Shown: one piece after another, positions 27,238-37,612 of the stretch
Layout of the letters: every line of letters begins with the position of its first letter
Position numbering within the stretch: the first letter of the stretch is position 1
Assembly (NCBI GenBank): GCA_041675185.1
Contig: JBAYUH010000002.1
Span: 1,052-65,051 of the forward strand
Direction: 5' to 3'
Length of the DNA stretch: 64,000 nt
Source of the DNA: Candidatus Magasanikiibacteriota bacterium
Lineage (GTDB): Bacteria; Patescibacteriota; Patescibacteriia; Magasanikbacterales; UBA922
The notes under the pieces: generated by a model
Told to the model about the DNA's origin: nothing
The model's database searches: none
The model's input: only the letters and a program-made list of their open reading frames with translations
Program-made: the position numbers and the translations under genes

Positions 27238-27699
27238 ATGGAAAATACAGTACCTTCAACAGGTTCTAATTCAGAACTACCAAAAACAGTAGTTACTGAA
27301 AGCACAGAAAAAAAATATGCTGGTTTCTGGATCAGATTTCTGGCTATAATAATAGATAGTGTTTTATTGAGTTTCATTGGTAGTTTGTTTGGAGCTACTA
27401 CCTATAGTGGTTTATCTGTAAGTGTAAGTTATACAGGATGGAAAGCACTAATACCTCTAGCATATGTACTAATTTTTTGGATATGGAAAGGTGCCACTCC
27501 TGGAAAAATGGTCTTGGGTTTAAAAATTATAGAAGAGGATGGCAAAAAATTAACTTGGCAAAAAGCCGTCGTACGTTATTTATCTATGTTCCTTAGTGGC
27601 ATCGCTTTCTGTCTTGGTTTTTTCTGGATTGGTTTCAATCCAAAAAAACAAGGTTGGCATGATTTGCTGGCTAAGACTTATGTAATAAAAACTAAATAA
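27238..27699 (+). CDS. RDD-family membrane protein
   Basis: WIRFLAIIIDSVLL motif with three TM helices; 153 aa. Confidence 0.55.
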   Translation: MENTVPSTGSNSELPKTVVTESTEKKYAGFWIRFLAIIIDSVLLSFIGSLFGATTYSGLSVSVSYTGWKALIPLAYVLIFWIWKGATPGKMVLGLKIIEEDGKKLTWQKAVVRYLSMFLSGIAFCLGFFWIGFNPKKQGWHDLLAKTYVIKTK

Positions 27700-27965
27700 T
27701 TTTTTACAAATAAAAAACACTAGCTCAATCATTCATGCTAGTGTTTTTTTGTTTTCTAAATAAAAAAGAAAGCTTAATAGACAAAAAGAAGATTAAAAAC
27801 AAAGAAACACCCTCGGGAGGTGTCTCTTTGATGAAATACTTAACCCACTTATAATATAAAACAAATATTATACTTTGTCAATTTTATGTATGTGAATAAC
27901 TAGAAAAAATAAAATAAAAAATCAAAAAATATAAGCAATCTCACATTTATTTACAGGTCCTTAAT

Positions 27966-28466
27966 CTACATCTTGAGCATTTTCAATCCTGTACTACATG
28001 TCAACGCCACTGCCAAAGCATCGGCTGCATCATCTGGGGTAATTGGTTTTTTGACTCCAAGCATCATCTTGACCATGCGTTGCAACTGTCCTTTTTCTGC
28101 ACGACCATAACCTGTAATACTTTGTTTGACTTGCAAAGGTGTAAATTCATAAACTATGACATTTTGTTGTTTCAATGTCAGAAGAATTACCCCCCTAGCT
28201 TGCCCAACTTTGATAGCTGTTGTGACATTGGTATAAAAAAATAATTCTTCAACAGCACTAAACTCAGGTTTGTATTTCTTGATTATTTCAGTCAGATTCA
28301 GACTAATTTCTTCTAGTCTACTCACAAAATCTTTTTTTTTATCAGTCTCAATACAGCCATAAGCTACACCAACCCATTTACCTTGCTTATTTTCAATCAC
28401 TCCCCAACCTATACGCCCAAAGCCAGGATCTATACCAAGTATACGTTGATTTTTTTGCGTAGGCAT
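27966..28466 (-). CDS. ruvC: Crossover junction endodeoxyribonuclease RuvC
   Basis: ILGIDPGFGRIGWGVIE at the true N-terminus. The track's 41-codon 5' extension reads through an AT-rich repeat, and the ATG at 28466 gives a typical 167 aa. Confidence 0.8.
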   Translation of the reverse strand: MPTQKNQRILGIDPGFGRIGWGVIENKQGKWVGVAYGCIETDKKKDFVSRLEEISLNLTEIIKKYKPEFSAVEELFFYTNVTTAIKVGQARGVILLTLKQQNVIVYEFTPLQVKQSITGYGRAEKGQLQRMVKMMLGVKKPITPDDAADALAVALTCSTGLKMLKM

Positions 28467-28551
28467 ATAGATTAATTTAGAAATTTTGAATTTTAAATTT
28501 CGAAACAATTTTAAATTTCTGAATTTTGAAAATAATTTGTATATGGTTAAT

Positions 28552-29280
28552 TTAAAATTCGTTTGTATAAACGTCTTCAATATCATCAAGATCTTCCAAA
28601 GCCTCGACTAATTTTGCCAATGATTCAGACTTATCAGTAGAAAGCTCAATAGTTTCTTTGGCAAGCCACTCCAAACCAGATGTTTCAACTTCTATACCAA
28701 ATTTTTCGACTGTCTCCATGATAGACTGAAACTTTTCTTTAGCACCAATTAATTCAACACCTTCTTCACTTTCACGGATATCGTTTACTCCAGCGTCCAT
28801 CAATTCCAATTGAGATTCTTCCCAATTTGAAATTTTTGATTTCTTTTCAGTGGTGATACGTACCATTGCAACATTTTCAAATTGCCATTGTACTGAACCT
28901 TTCGCACCAAGAGATGCATTGAATTTATTGAAAATTCCTTTTAATTCTGAAATAGTACGATTGATATTGTCAGTAACAGTCTTGATAAGTAGTGCCACAC
29001 CACCAGGTCCATAACCTTCATAGACTACTTCTTGCAAAACTCCACCATCAAGCTCGCCAGTACCACGTTTGATAGCACGATCAATATTGTCTTTTGGCAT
29101 ATTACCAACTTTGGCTTTGTCTATAGCTAGACGTAAAGAAAAATTCATTTCAGGATCACTACCACCAAGCTGAGCTGCCACAGTGATTGTCTTGGCTAAT
29201 TTGGTAAACAAATTACCACGAGCTTTGTCAGCTTTGCCTTTTTTACCTTGTATGTTATGCCATTTTGAGTGTCCAGACAT
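28552..29280 (-). CDS. YebC/PmpR-family (TACO1) probable transcriptional regulatory protein
   Basis: MSGHSKWHNIQGKKGKADKARGNLFTKLAKTITVAA. The arrangement immediately upstream of ruvC is classic. Confidence 0.8.
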   Translation of the reverse strand: MSGHSKWHNIQGKKGKADKARGNLFTKLAKTITVAAQLGGSDPEMNFSLRLAIDKAKVGNMPKDNIDRAIKRGTGELDGGVLQEVVYEGYGPGGVALLIKTVTDNINRTISELKGIFNKFNASLGAKGSVQWQFENVAMVRITTEKKSKISNWEESQLELMDAGVNDIRESEEGVELIGAKEKFQSIMETVEKFGIEVETSGLEWLAKETIELSTDKSESLAKLVEALEDLDDIEDVYTNEF

Positions 29281-29477
29281 AAGTTTAAAATTAATTTTTT
29301 AATTTATGTTTATTTATCTATAATTTATCATATCTTAAGAAGAAAATCAAGAAAATTTTATATAACTTATAACACCTATCCTATACCAATTTGTTATGAG
29401 TTATGTGATACGAGGTGTATAACAATTACCAAAAACTCCCCGCTTTCACGAGGAGTTTTATTTTACAAAACTTTGAT

Positions 29478-32400
29478 TTATTTTGTAGCAACAGTTTCTT
29501 CTTCAACTTTATTAGCATGCTTTTCTTCCAATTCTGGAATACCAGAAATACCAGTCCCAGCAGATATTAGACGACCGATAATCACATTTTCTTTTAGACC
29601 TTCTAGATAATCTATTTTACCAGTGATAGCGGCTGAAACAAGTACACGAGATGTTTCTTGGAAAGAAGCAGCTGATAAGAAACTTTGAGTGGTAAGAGAA
29701 ATTTTACTAATACCCATAAGCATCTCACGAGCTTTGGCCAATTTGACACCATCTTTTTTGGCTTGTCTGTTGGCAATAATAAGTTGTGATTTTTCTACAA
29801 TTTCGCCAGGAAGCAAATCTGTGTCTCCTGGATCTTCTACGAAGACACGACTAAACATTTGTTTGATAATGATTTCAATATGTTTATCATTCAATCTTTG
29901 ACCTTGTGAAGCATAGATTTCTTGAATTTCAGCAAGTACATATCTCTTGACAGCATCTTGACCTTTTAATTCAAATAATTCTTTTAGATCAATAGCGCCT
30001 TCAGTAAGTTGGTCACCTTTTTCTACTTGTTCACTGTCAGTAACCCACAATTTATAACCTACAGGGATGACATATTCTTTAGTAGTCTTACCATCATAGA
30101 TAAGAACCAAATTATCACCATCTACACGGATAACACCAGGATAAAGAGCTTTCATTTCTTCTCCTGAACCACCACGGATGACGATTTTATCACCTTTTTT
30201 AATTTTTTGACCATCGGCCACTTTGACATCATCTTCTTTGTTGATTTCAAAAATCATTTCTTCTGTACCTTCATGATGTACTTTGACAATTTTTTGTCCA
30301 CGACGTCCTTCAAATATTTTTCTACCAGTTGCACTAGTAATAATTTTACCATCAGCATCTTCAATTTCTATTTTACCAGCGACTTCAGACAAAATAGCTT
30401 TACGTTTTGGATTGCGAGCTTCAAACAATTCTTCTACACGAGGCAAACCTTGTGTAATATCTCCACCACCAGCCACACCACCCAAATGGAAAGTACGCAT
30501 AGTGAGCTGAGTACCAGGTTCACCAATGGATTGGGCAGCAATCACACCAACAGCAGTACCAGTCTTTACAGGTTTACGATTACTAAGATCAAAACCATAA
30601 CATTTGGTACAAACACCCTTTGGCAATTGGCATTGTAAAATAGAACGAACATGAATATTGTCTACTTCTTCTTTTTCAATAGCACGACCTGCTTGTGCAT
30701 CCACCACTTCACCAGCTTTGACAATTATTTTGTTACCTTTTTTGACATCAACCAAGACATAACGACCAAGTACACGTTCTGATAATTTTTCTCCCATTTG
30801 TTTGGATTGTTCTAGAGTAAACAATTCACCTACGGTATCACCACAATCTTCTTCTTTGACTACTACTTCTTGAGCAACATCCACTAGACGACGAGTAAGA
30901 TAACCAGCATTAGCAGTACGAAGCGCCATATCTGACAAACCTTTTCTAGTACCATGAGATGAGATAAAGAATTCCAAAACTCCGAAGCCTTCTTTGAAAT
31001 TTCCTTTTACTGGCAACTCAATAACATCTCCAGAAGGAGAAGCTACAAGACCTTTCATAGCAATAACTTGTCCCAACTGACCCCAACTACCACGAGCACC
31101 AGAATCAATCATAGCAAAGACTGATTTGCCTTGATCCATTACTTCTCTACCCATAGAAACCAATTGTTCTTTGGTTTCAGTCCAAATTTCTAGTACTTTT
31201 CCATGACGTTCAGAATCAGTCAACAAACCTTCAGCATATTGCTCTTCTACCAACACAACTTTCTTGTCAGCTTCAAGCAATATTTCTTTTTTAGCAGGAA
31301 TAGATGGGAAATCACTTTTACCAAGTGAATAACCTGATTTAGTTACATATTTATAACCAAGATCTTTTATTTTATCCAAATGTTCAGCAGTAATTTCTTG
31401 TCCATAAAATTCCAACAAAAGTTGAATGATATTACTCAAATCTTTTTTAGTTACAGTTTGATTATAGTAAGCGATTTTATCTGGAAAAATTTCATTGAAC
31501 AAAATTCTACCAAAACTAGTCGCAACAATCTTTGAAGTGCCTTCTTCAAATTTATTTAAATCATCAAATCTAACTTTGACATTTTCACGAAGACCAATCA
31601 CACCAGTCTTATAAGCATATCTAGCTTCAGTAATACTAGAAAATACTTTAAGTTTTGTTTGATCAGCATCTTCATTTTCTATTTTTGTCATGTAATAACA
31701 ACCAAGAGCAATATCTTGTTGAGGAGTAGTCACTGGAGCACCAGTAGCTGGTTTCAAAAGATTCTTTTCTGAGGCTAACAAATTTTCAGCTTCCCATTTT
31801 GCTTGTTCAGAAAGTGGCAAATGAACAGCCATTTGATCTCCATCAAAGTCAGCATTGAAAGCCGCACAAACAAGAGGGTGAAGACGAATAGCTTTACCTT
31901 CTACCAAAGTAGGACGAAAAGCTTGAATACCAAGTCTGTGCAAAGTAGGAGCACGATTTAGAAGTACACGAGTTTTTTTGGTCAATTCTTCCAAAATATC
32001 CCAAACTTCAGAAGCATTACTTTCGATAAACCTAGAAGCACTACGAACATTGTGTGCAAATTCACGTTTGATAATTTCAGACATAACAAACGGTTTGAAA
32101 AGTTCAAGAGCAATCATTTTTGGCAAGCCACACTCACTAATTTTTAAATTAGGTCCAACTACGATGACAGAACGACCAGAATAGTCAACACGTTTACCAA
32201 GCAAATTTTGACGAAAACGACCCTGTTTACCTTTCAAAATATCAGCTAGAGAACGTAATTGTCGTTTTTGTCCAGTTGAGGCACGAACAGTCTTGGTAGC
32301 ACGAGCATTGTTGTCAATAAGAGCGTCAACTGCTTCTTGTAACATGCGTTTTTCATTACGACAAATGACTTCTGGAGCATTGAGATCAAGAAGACGACGT

Positions 32401-33401
32401 AGACGATTGTTTCTATTGATAACACGACGATACAAATCATTCAAATCAGAAGTAGCAAAACGTCCTCCATCAAGAGCAACCATCGGACGTAAATCTGGTG
32501 GAACTACAGGAAGATTGGTCAAAATCATCCATTCTGGACGAATAGCATTTTTTTGCAAACTCTTCAACAATTTGATACGACGCATGAGACGTTCACGCTT
32601 AGCACCTTTACTTTTTTTGAGCTCAGTCTCTAATCTTTTGCCAGTTTCTTCAAAATCCAATCTTTCTAGCAAACCTCGAATAGCCCCAGCACCAATACCA
32701 GCCTCAAACAAATGACCATAACGCAAAGACAAATTTTGATAACGTGATTCTGAAATAATATTAAGCATTGTAATATCTTTCAATTCTTCTTCAGCATCTG
32801 TGAAATCTTCTTCCAAAGATTCTATTTTTCTATCACGTTCTGTTTCTAATTCGGTAATAACTAGAGGAGTAGCTCCAGCTGATTTGCGAGTAAATTCAGA
32901 TTCAATTTCTTTTTTCTTTGTTTTGTATTCTTTTTTTAGAGAGTCGCCTACTATTTTCTTTTCATTTTCATCAACATGAGTAATGATGAAAGAAGCAAAA
33001 TAAATAACTCTTTCCAAAGCTTGGATAGACAAATCAAGCACTAGACCAACACGTGAAGGAATAGTACGCAAAAACCAAATATGAGAGACAGGTGAAGCCA
33101 GTTCAATGTGACCCATACGTTCACGACGAACAAGTGAATGAGTAACTTCTACTCCACATTTATCGCAAACAATTCCTTTGTAACGAATTTTTTTGTATTT
33201 TCCACAATAACATTCCCAATCTTTAGTTGGTCCAAAAATTTCTTCAGCAAACAGACCACCTTTTTCAGGTTTCTGAGTACGATAGTTGATAGTTTCAGGT
33301 TTGTAAACTTCTCCAAAAGACCAATTACGAATAGTCTCCGGTGAAGCGACTTTGAGACGCAAGGCGTCAAAGTTCATAGAATGAAAGGTATCGCGTGACA
33401 T
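29478..33401 (-). CDS. rpoC: DNA-directed RNA polymerase subunit beta'
   Basis: NADFDGDQMAVH catalytic motif, zinc-finger Cys cluster CGKYKKIRYKGIVCDKCG, and trigger loop/bridge helix; 1307 aa. Confidence 0.95.
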   Translation of the reverse strand: MSRDTFHSMNFDALRLKVASPETIRNWSFGEVYKPETINYRTQKPEKGGLFAEEIFGPTKDWECYCGKYKKIRYKGIVCDKCGVEVTHSLVRRERMGHIELASPVSHIWFLRTIPSRVGLVLDLSIQALERVIYFASFIITHVDENEKKIVGDSLKKEYKTKKKEIESEFTRKSAGATPLVITELETERDRKIESLEEDFTDAEEELKDITMLNIISESRYQNLSLRYGHLFEAGIGAGAIRGLLERLDFEETGKRLETELKKSKGAKRERLMRRIKLLKSLQKNAIRPEWMILTNLPVVPPDLRPMVALDGGRFATSDLNDLYRRVINRNNRLRRLLDLNAPEVICRNEKRMLQEAVDALIDNNARATKTVRASTGQKRQLRSLADILKGKQGRFRQNLLGKRVDYSGRSVIVVGPNLKISECGLPKMIALELFKPFVMSEIIKREFAHNVRSASRFIESNASEVWDILEELTKKTRVLLNRAPTLHRLGIQAFRPTLVEGKAIRLHPLVCAAFNADFDGDQMAVHLPLSEQAKWEAENLLASEKNLLKPATGAPVTTPQQDIALGCYYMTKIENEDADQTKLKVFSSITEARYAYKTGVIGLRENVKVRFDDLNKFEEGTSKIVATSFGRILFNEIFPDKIAYYNQTVTKKDLSNIIQLLLEFYGQEITAEHLDKIKDLGYKYVTKSGYSLGKSDFPSIPAKKEILLEADKKVVLVEEQYAEGLLTDSERHGKVLEIWTETKEQLVSMGREVMDQGKSVFAMIDSGARGSWGQLGQVIAMKGLVASPSGDVIELPVKGNFKEGFGVLEFFISSHGTRKGLSDMALRTANAGYLTRRLVDVAQEVVVKEEDCGDTVGELFTLEQSKQMGEKLSERVLGRYVLVDVKKGNKIIVKAGEVVDAQAGRAIEKEEVDNIHVRSILQCQLPKGVCTKCYGFDLSNRKPVKTGTAVGVIAAQSIGEPGTQLTMRTFHLGGVAGGGDITQGLPRVEELFEARNPKRKAILSEVAGKIEIEDADGKIITSATGRKIFEGRRGQKIVKVHHEGTEEMIFEINKEDDVKVADGQKIKKGDKIVIRGGSGEEMKALYPGVIRVDGDNLVLIYDGKTTKEYVIPVGYKLWVTDSEQVEKGDQLTEGAIDLKELFELKGQDAVKRYVLAEIQEIYASQGQRLNDKHIEIIIKQMFSRVFVEDPGDTDLLPGEIVEKSQLIIANRQAKKDGVKLAKAREMLMGISKISLTTQSFLSAASFQETSRVLVSAAITGKIDYLEGLKENVIIGRLISAGTGISGIPELEEKHANKVEEETVATK

Positions 33402-33448
33402 AAAATTTTGTTAGATTTAAGTTTTTTAAGTTAAAAAAGATTATTATT

Positions 33449-36400
33449 TTATTCTGTATCTCTTTCTCTTCCTACCATATTATTATTTATATCAGCAAAT
33501 TTGTATTCTTTTTCTTTTTTGTTTGTTTCTTGCACTTCTATATATTCATCATTGTCATTTTTCTTTAATAACTCTACATCCAAACACAAACCTTTCATTT
33601 CACGTACCAAAACATTGAATGATTCTGGCAAGTTTACTTTGGTAATAGGTTCACCTTTGATAATAGCTTCATAAGCTTTTGATCTACCAGGGACATCATC
33701 AGATTTGATAGTCAAAATTTCTTGCAAACTATAAGCAGCGCCATAAGCTTGCAAAGCCCAAACTTCCATTTCTCCAAAACGTTGTCCACCGAATTGTGCT
33801 TTACCTCCCAATGGTTGTTGGGTGATGAGACTATAAGGACCAATAGAACGTTGGTGAATTTTATCTTCGACCATGTGGTTCAATTTGAGCATGTAGTTGT
33901 AACCAACAGTAGTCTTATTATCATAAGGTTCACCAGTACGACCATCGTAAAGTTGTAATTGTCCATCTAGTGGGAAACCAGCTTCAGTAAGTTCATCTTC
34001 AATTTGTTTTTCTGTAATACCATTCAACACTGGAGTAGCAACTTTGTGACCAAGAGCATTGGCAGCAAGACCAAGATGAGTTTCTAACAATTGTCCTAAA
34101 TTCATACGAGAAACCACACCAAGTGGAGACAAAATAATATCTACAGGAGTACCATCTTCCAAGAAAGGCATATCACCTGCTGGCACCACACGAGAGATAA
34201 CACCTTTGTTACCATGACGACCAGCCATTTTATCACCGACTTGAATTTTTCTCATATCAGCAACAGTGATTTGTACTTGTTTGATAACACCAGGTTGTAG
34301 TTTGTCACCTTGTTCTGTAGAAAATATTTTGACATCAATTACTTTTCCTTGTTCACCATGTTCTAGATAAAGTGAAGAATCACGAACATCACGAGCTTTT
34401 TCACCAAAGATAGCACGAAGCAATCTTTCTTCTGGGGTAAGTTCTGTTTCACCTTTTGGAGTAATTTTGCCAACAAGAATATCACCTGAACGAACTTCAG
34501 CGCCAATACGTACGATACCTTCAGAATCTAAATGGCGTAACTTCTCTTCACTAACATTTGGAATATCTGAGGTAATTACTTCTTCACCAAGTTTTGTCTC
34601 ACGAACATTGATAGTATAATCTTCAATATGAATAGAAGTATAACGATCATCACGAACCAATCTTTCAGAAACAATAATAGCATCTTCATAGTTGAAACCT
34701 TCCCAAACCATATAAGCTACCAACACATTTTGTCCCAAAGAAAGTTCAGCATCTTTGATAGCTGGACCATCAGACATTGGATCACCTTTTTTCAATTTTT
34801 GACCAAGGCTAACTGTTGGACGTTGATTAATACTACTTGAAGCATTTGATCTAATATATTTTGACAAACTGTAAGTAGTCACTTTTCCTTTGGTATCAGT
34901 AAATTCAATTTTACCACCATCTACAAAAGTCACTTCACCATTGGCTGGAGCAGTAAAAACATAACCACTATTTAGAGCAGCAATACGTTCAACACCTGTA
35001 CCAACCAAAGGAGGCTCTGGCTTGATACAAGGTACAGCTTGACGTTGCATGTTGGTACCCATAAGAGCACGAGTAGCATCATCATGTTCCAAAAATGGAA
35101 TAAGACTAGTAGCTACTGACAAAATTTGATTTGAAGCTACATCAATATAAGCAACTTTGTCTGAATCAATAAGTTGAGGTTCACCATTTACACGAGAAGA
35201 AATTCTATCTTCAAGGAAATATCCATCTTTATCCATTGGAGTAGTGGCACTAGAAGTAATTGTTCTTTCTTCTTGAAAAGAATTGAGGTAGACAACTTCA
35301 CTAGAAACACGAGGTTTTACTTTTATTTCTGTAAGACCTTTTTCTTTTTCCAATTTCTTAGCAATAGTACTGTCAATTTTTTCACCAACTTTGACAATAC
35401 CTTTCACTTCCATATTAGAAATTTCACCTTCAGTAAAACTGGCTTCATTTTTGACAACACTAATAACTTTTTTGTAAGGAGTTTCCAAGAAACCAAATTT
35501 ATTTATTTTTGCAAAAGTGGACAAATGTCCGACTAGACCAATGTTTGGTCCTTCAGGAGTAGCAATCGGACAAATACGACCATAATGAGTTCTATGCACA
35601 TCACGAACTTCGAAACCAGCTCGATCACGAGACAAACCACCAGGTCCAAGAGCAGAAATACGACGTTTGTGTTCAAGTTCTGCAAGAGGATTGATCTGAT
35701 CCATGAATTGAGAAAGCTGTGAACTCATAAAAAATTCACGAATGACAGAAATGACAGGACGAGCATTGATCAATTTGTTTGGTACAATAGTGTCAATATC
35801 CATAGTACTCATACGATCACGAATAATACGTTCCATACGAGCAAGACCAATACGAAAACGATTTTGGACAAGTTCACCAACACCACGAACACGACGATTT
35901 CCTAAATGATCAATATCATCAGCTTCTTCTTGGGTCACATTTAGACGAATAATTTCACGCAAAACTTTTACCAATTTATCTTTTGACAAAACTCTTTTTT
36001 CTTTGTCATCATAATCTTCTTTGGTAAGACCCAAATTGAATTTTATATCAAATTTGTAAACACCAACTTTGCCAAGATCATAGCGATCAAAGTTGAAAAA
36101 CATAGCGTGAATAAGACTCTTTGCATTGTCAGCAGTAGCCAAATCACCTGGACGAATACGTCTGTATACTTCTATCAAACCTTCATCTTCATTGGTAGCA
36201 GCATCTTTTTTCAAAGTGTTTTCAATGTAATCAATATTTGGGTGATTATTTACATCAGTAAATAATTCTTTTATTTCTTCATCAGTAGAAAACCCAAAAG
36301 CACGCAAAAGTGAAGTTGCAGCTACTTTACGTTTTCTGTCTACTTTGATCCAAAGTACGTTATTTTGATCAGTTTCAATTTCTACCCAAGCACCACGATT

Positions 36401-36895
36401 TGGGATAATTTTTGCTCCATAAAAACGACGACCACGACTCAATTCAGCTGTAAAAAAAGCACCAGCACTACGAATAAGTTGAGTAACCACTACTCTTTCA
36501 ATACCATTGACAATAAAAGTGCCTCTATCAGTCATGAGTGGCATGTCACCTAGATAAATTTCTTGTTTTTCAGTTTTATTTGTACGTTTGTTGGTTAGAC
36601 GAACATTGACACGAAGTGGTGCCTCAAAAGTAATATTCTTTTTGATACAAGTCACTTGGTCAAATTTTGGTTCATCAATATAATAATCTTCAAAATAAAT
36701 TTCCAAATCACGACCAGTGAAGTCAGTAATTGGTGATAATTCATCAAAAAGTTCTCTTAAACCTTCTTCAAAAAACCAATTGTAAGAAGATTTTTGGATT
36801 TCTATCAAATCCGGTGCTTCGACCGCATCGCGAAGGGATGTAAAGAACTTGCGTTCCAAGGTCTTAAGCGGTTGACGTTTGTATAATGGAGCCAT
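33449..36895 (-). CDS. rpoB: DNA-directed RNA polymerase subunit beta
   Basis: Conserved beta regions, e.g. rifampicin-cluster-like GSSQLSQFMDQINPLAELEHKRRISALGPGGL and the C-terminal GGQRFGEMEVWALQAYGAAY; 1148 aa. Confidence 0.95.
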   Translation of the reverse strand: MAPLYKRQPLKTLERKFFTSLRDAVEAPDLIEIQKSSYNWFFEEGLRELFDELSPITDFTGRDLEIYFEDYYIDEPKFDQVTCIKKNITFEAPLRVNVRLTNKRTNKTEKQEIYLGDMPLMTDRGTFIVNGIERVVVTQLIRSAGAFFTAELSRGRRFYGAKIIPNRGAWVEIETDQNNVLWIKVDRKRKVAATSLLRAFGFSTDEEIKELFTDVNNHPNIDYIENTLKKDAATNEDEGLIEVYRRIRPGDLATADNAKSLIHAMFFNFDRYDLGKVGVYKFDIKFNLGLTKEDYDDKEKRVLSKDKLVKVLREIIRLNVTQEEADDIDHLGNRRVRGVGELVQNRFRIGLARMERIIRDRMSTMDIDTIVPNKLINARPVISVIREFFMSSQLSQFMDQINPLAELEHKRRISALGPGGLSRDRAGFEVRDVHRTHYGRICPIATPEGPNIGLVGHLSTFAKINKFGFLETPYKKVISVVKNEASFTEGEISNMEVKGIVKVGEKIDSTIAKKLEKEKGLTEIKVKPRVSSEVVYLNSFQEERTITSSATTPMDKDGYFLEDRISSRVNGEPQLIDSDKVAYIDVASNQILSVATSLIPFLEHDDATRALMGTNMQRQAVPCIKPEPPLVGTGVERIAALNSGYVFTAPANGEVTFVDGGKIEFTDTKGKVTTYSLSKYIRSNASSSINQRPTVSLGQKLKKGDPMSDGPAIKDAELSLGQNVLVAYMVWEGFNYEDAIIVSERLVRDDRYTSIHIEDYTINVRETKLGEEVITSDIPNVSEEKLRHLDSEGIVRIGAEVRSGDILVGKITPKGETELTPEERLLRAIFGEKARDVRDSSLYLEHGEQGKVIDVKIFSTEQGDKLQPGVIKQVQITVADMRKIQVGDKMAGRHGNKGVISRVVPAGDMPFLEDGTPVDIILSPLGVVSRMNLGQLLETHLGLAANALGHKVATPVLNGITEKQIEDELTEAGFPLDGQLQLYDGRTGEPYDNKTTVGYNYMLKLNHMVEDKIHQRSIGPYSLITQQPLGGKAQFGGQRFGEMEVWALQAYGAAYSLQEILTIKSDDVPGRSKAYEAIIKGEPITKVNLPESFNVLVREMKGLCLDVELLKKNDNDEYIEVQETNKKEKEYKFADINNNMVGRERDTE

Positions 36896-37570
36896 AAATA
36901 TTTTTATTTATGTAAATAACTTCAAGTTGTTAAACTACCCGCTATTTCCTACAAAAGATTAGTCACAATCTTCCAATAGTTTGTCACGTCTAGTTTATTA
37001 ACTAATTTTAGTAATCAAATTTTGATTATTTAATTAGTCAACAAAGCTAAATTATAAATAAAATTTTATTTTTTAAAATAAATAATTTTATGGCTCACTA
37101 CAGCAACAAAAAAATTCCTTTATTTGAAAAAGGGATTAATTTTTTGATTATTTGTGACAGAAAGCTTGTTGAGCCATGTTGATCCGGATAGTCCGTCCCC
37201 TGCGTGGACGCTAATATAGGGGCGATAATACCAGAATTTGGGCTAAATATAGCAAATTTTGCGCAAATTCAACGAAGTTTTGATAATGTGTTTAGAATAC
37301 ATCAAAAATGAACTCTTGTCAAACAGAGAACAGGTGGATAAGTATTTGTCAAGAAAAGGCTTTTTTGGCTTATACTAGCAAAAATATAAAATTAACCTCA
37401 AAAAGTACTATAAGTTAACCACAGATTTATCCACAAAATAATACCTTAAATAAAGCAAGAACAAGTAAATTTGTCAAGAAGTAAAAACAGGCAATAAACC
37501 TAGATAAAATACAATAAACAATCATATTGTGTGAAATTTGTTTATTAATTATTCAAAAATAACTTCAGAC

Positions 37571-37600
37571 TTCGACTTCATTACAAAACTGTGCTATAAT
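37571..37600 (+). promoter_or_regulatory. Candidate promoter for ftsK (-35 ttcgac, 18-bp spacer, extended -10 tgctataat). It would give a near-leaderless transcript, with the ATG 13 nt downstream of the -10
   Basis: Hexamers seen directly. Confidence 0.4.
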
Positions 37601-37612
37601 GTTTGCACAAGT

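Noticed and set aside
27966-28589. Track's extended 207-aa RuvC ORF (also the TTG-initiated 5' extensions of ftsK at 37538, the ATP-grasp gene at 61586 and the membrane protein at 7324)
   Set aside because: The extensions run through AT-rich repeat or promoter sequence, or overlap the upstream gene. Internal ATGs give canonical protein lengths and N-termini.
30207-30638. Plus-strand ORFs of 60-143 aa inside rpoC and rpoB (also 32293..32715, 35174..35536 and others)
   Set aside because: These are antisense shadow ORFs within strongly supported, highly conserved genes. They have low-complexity translations and no independent signals.
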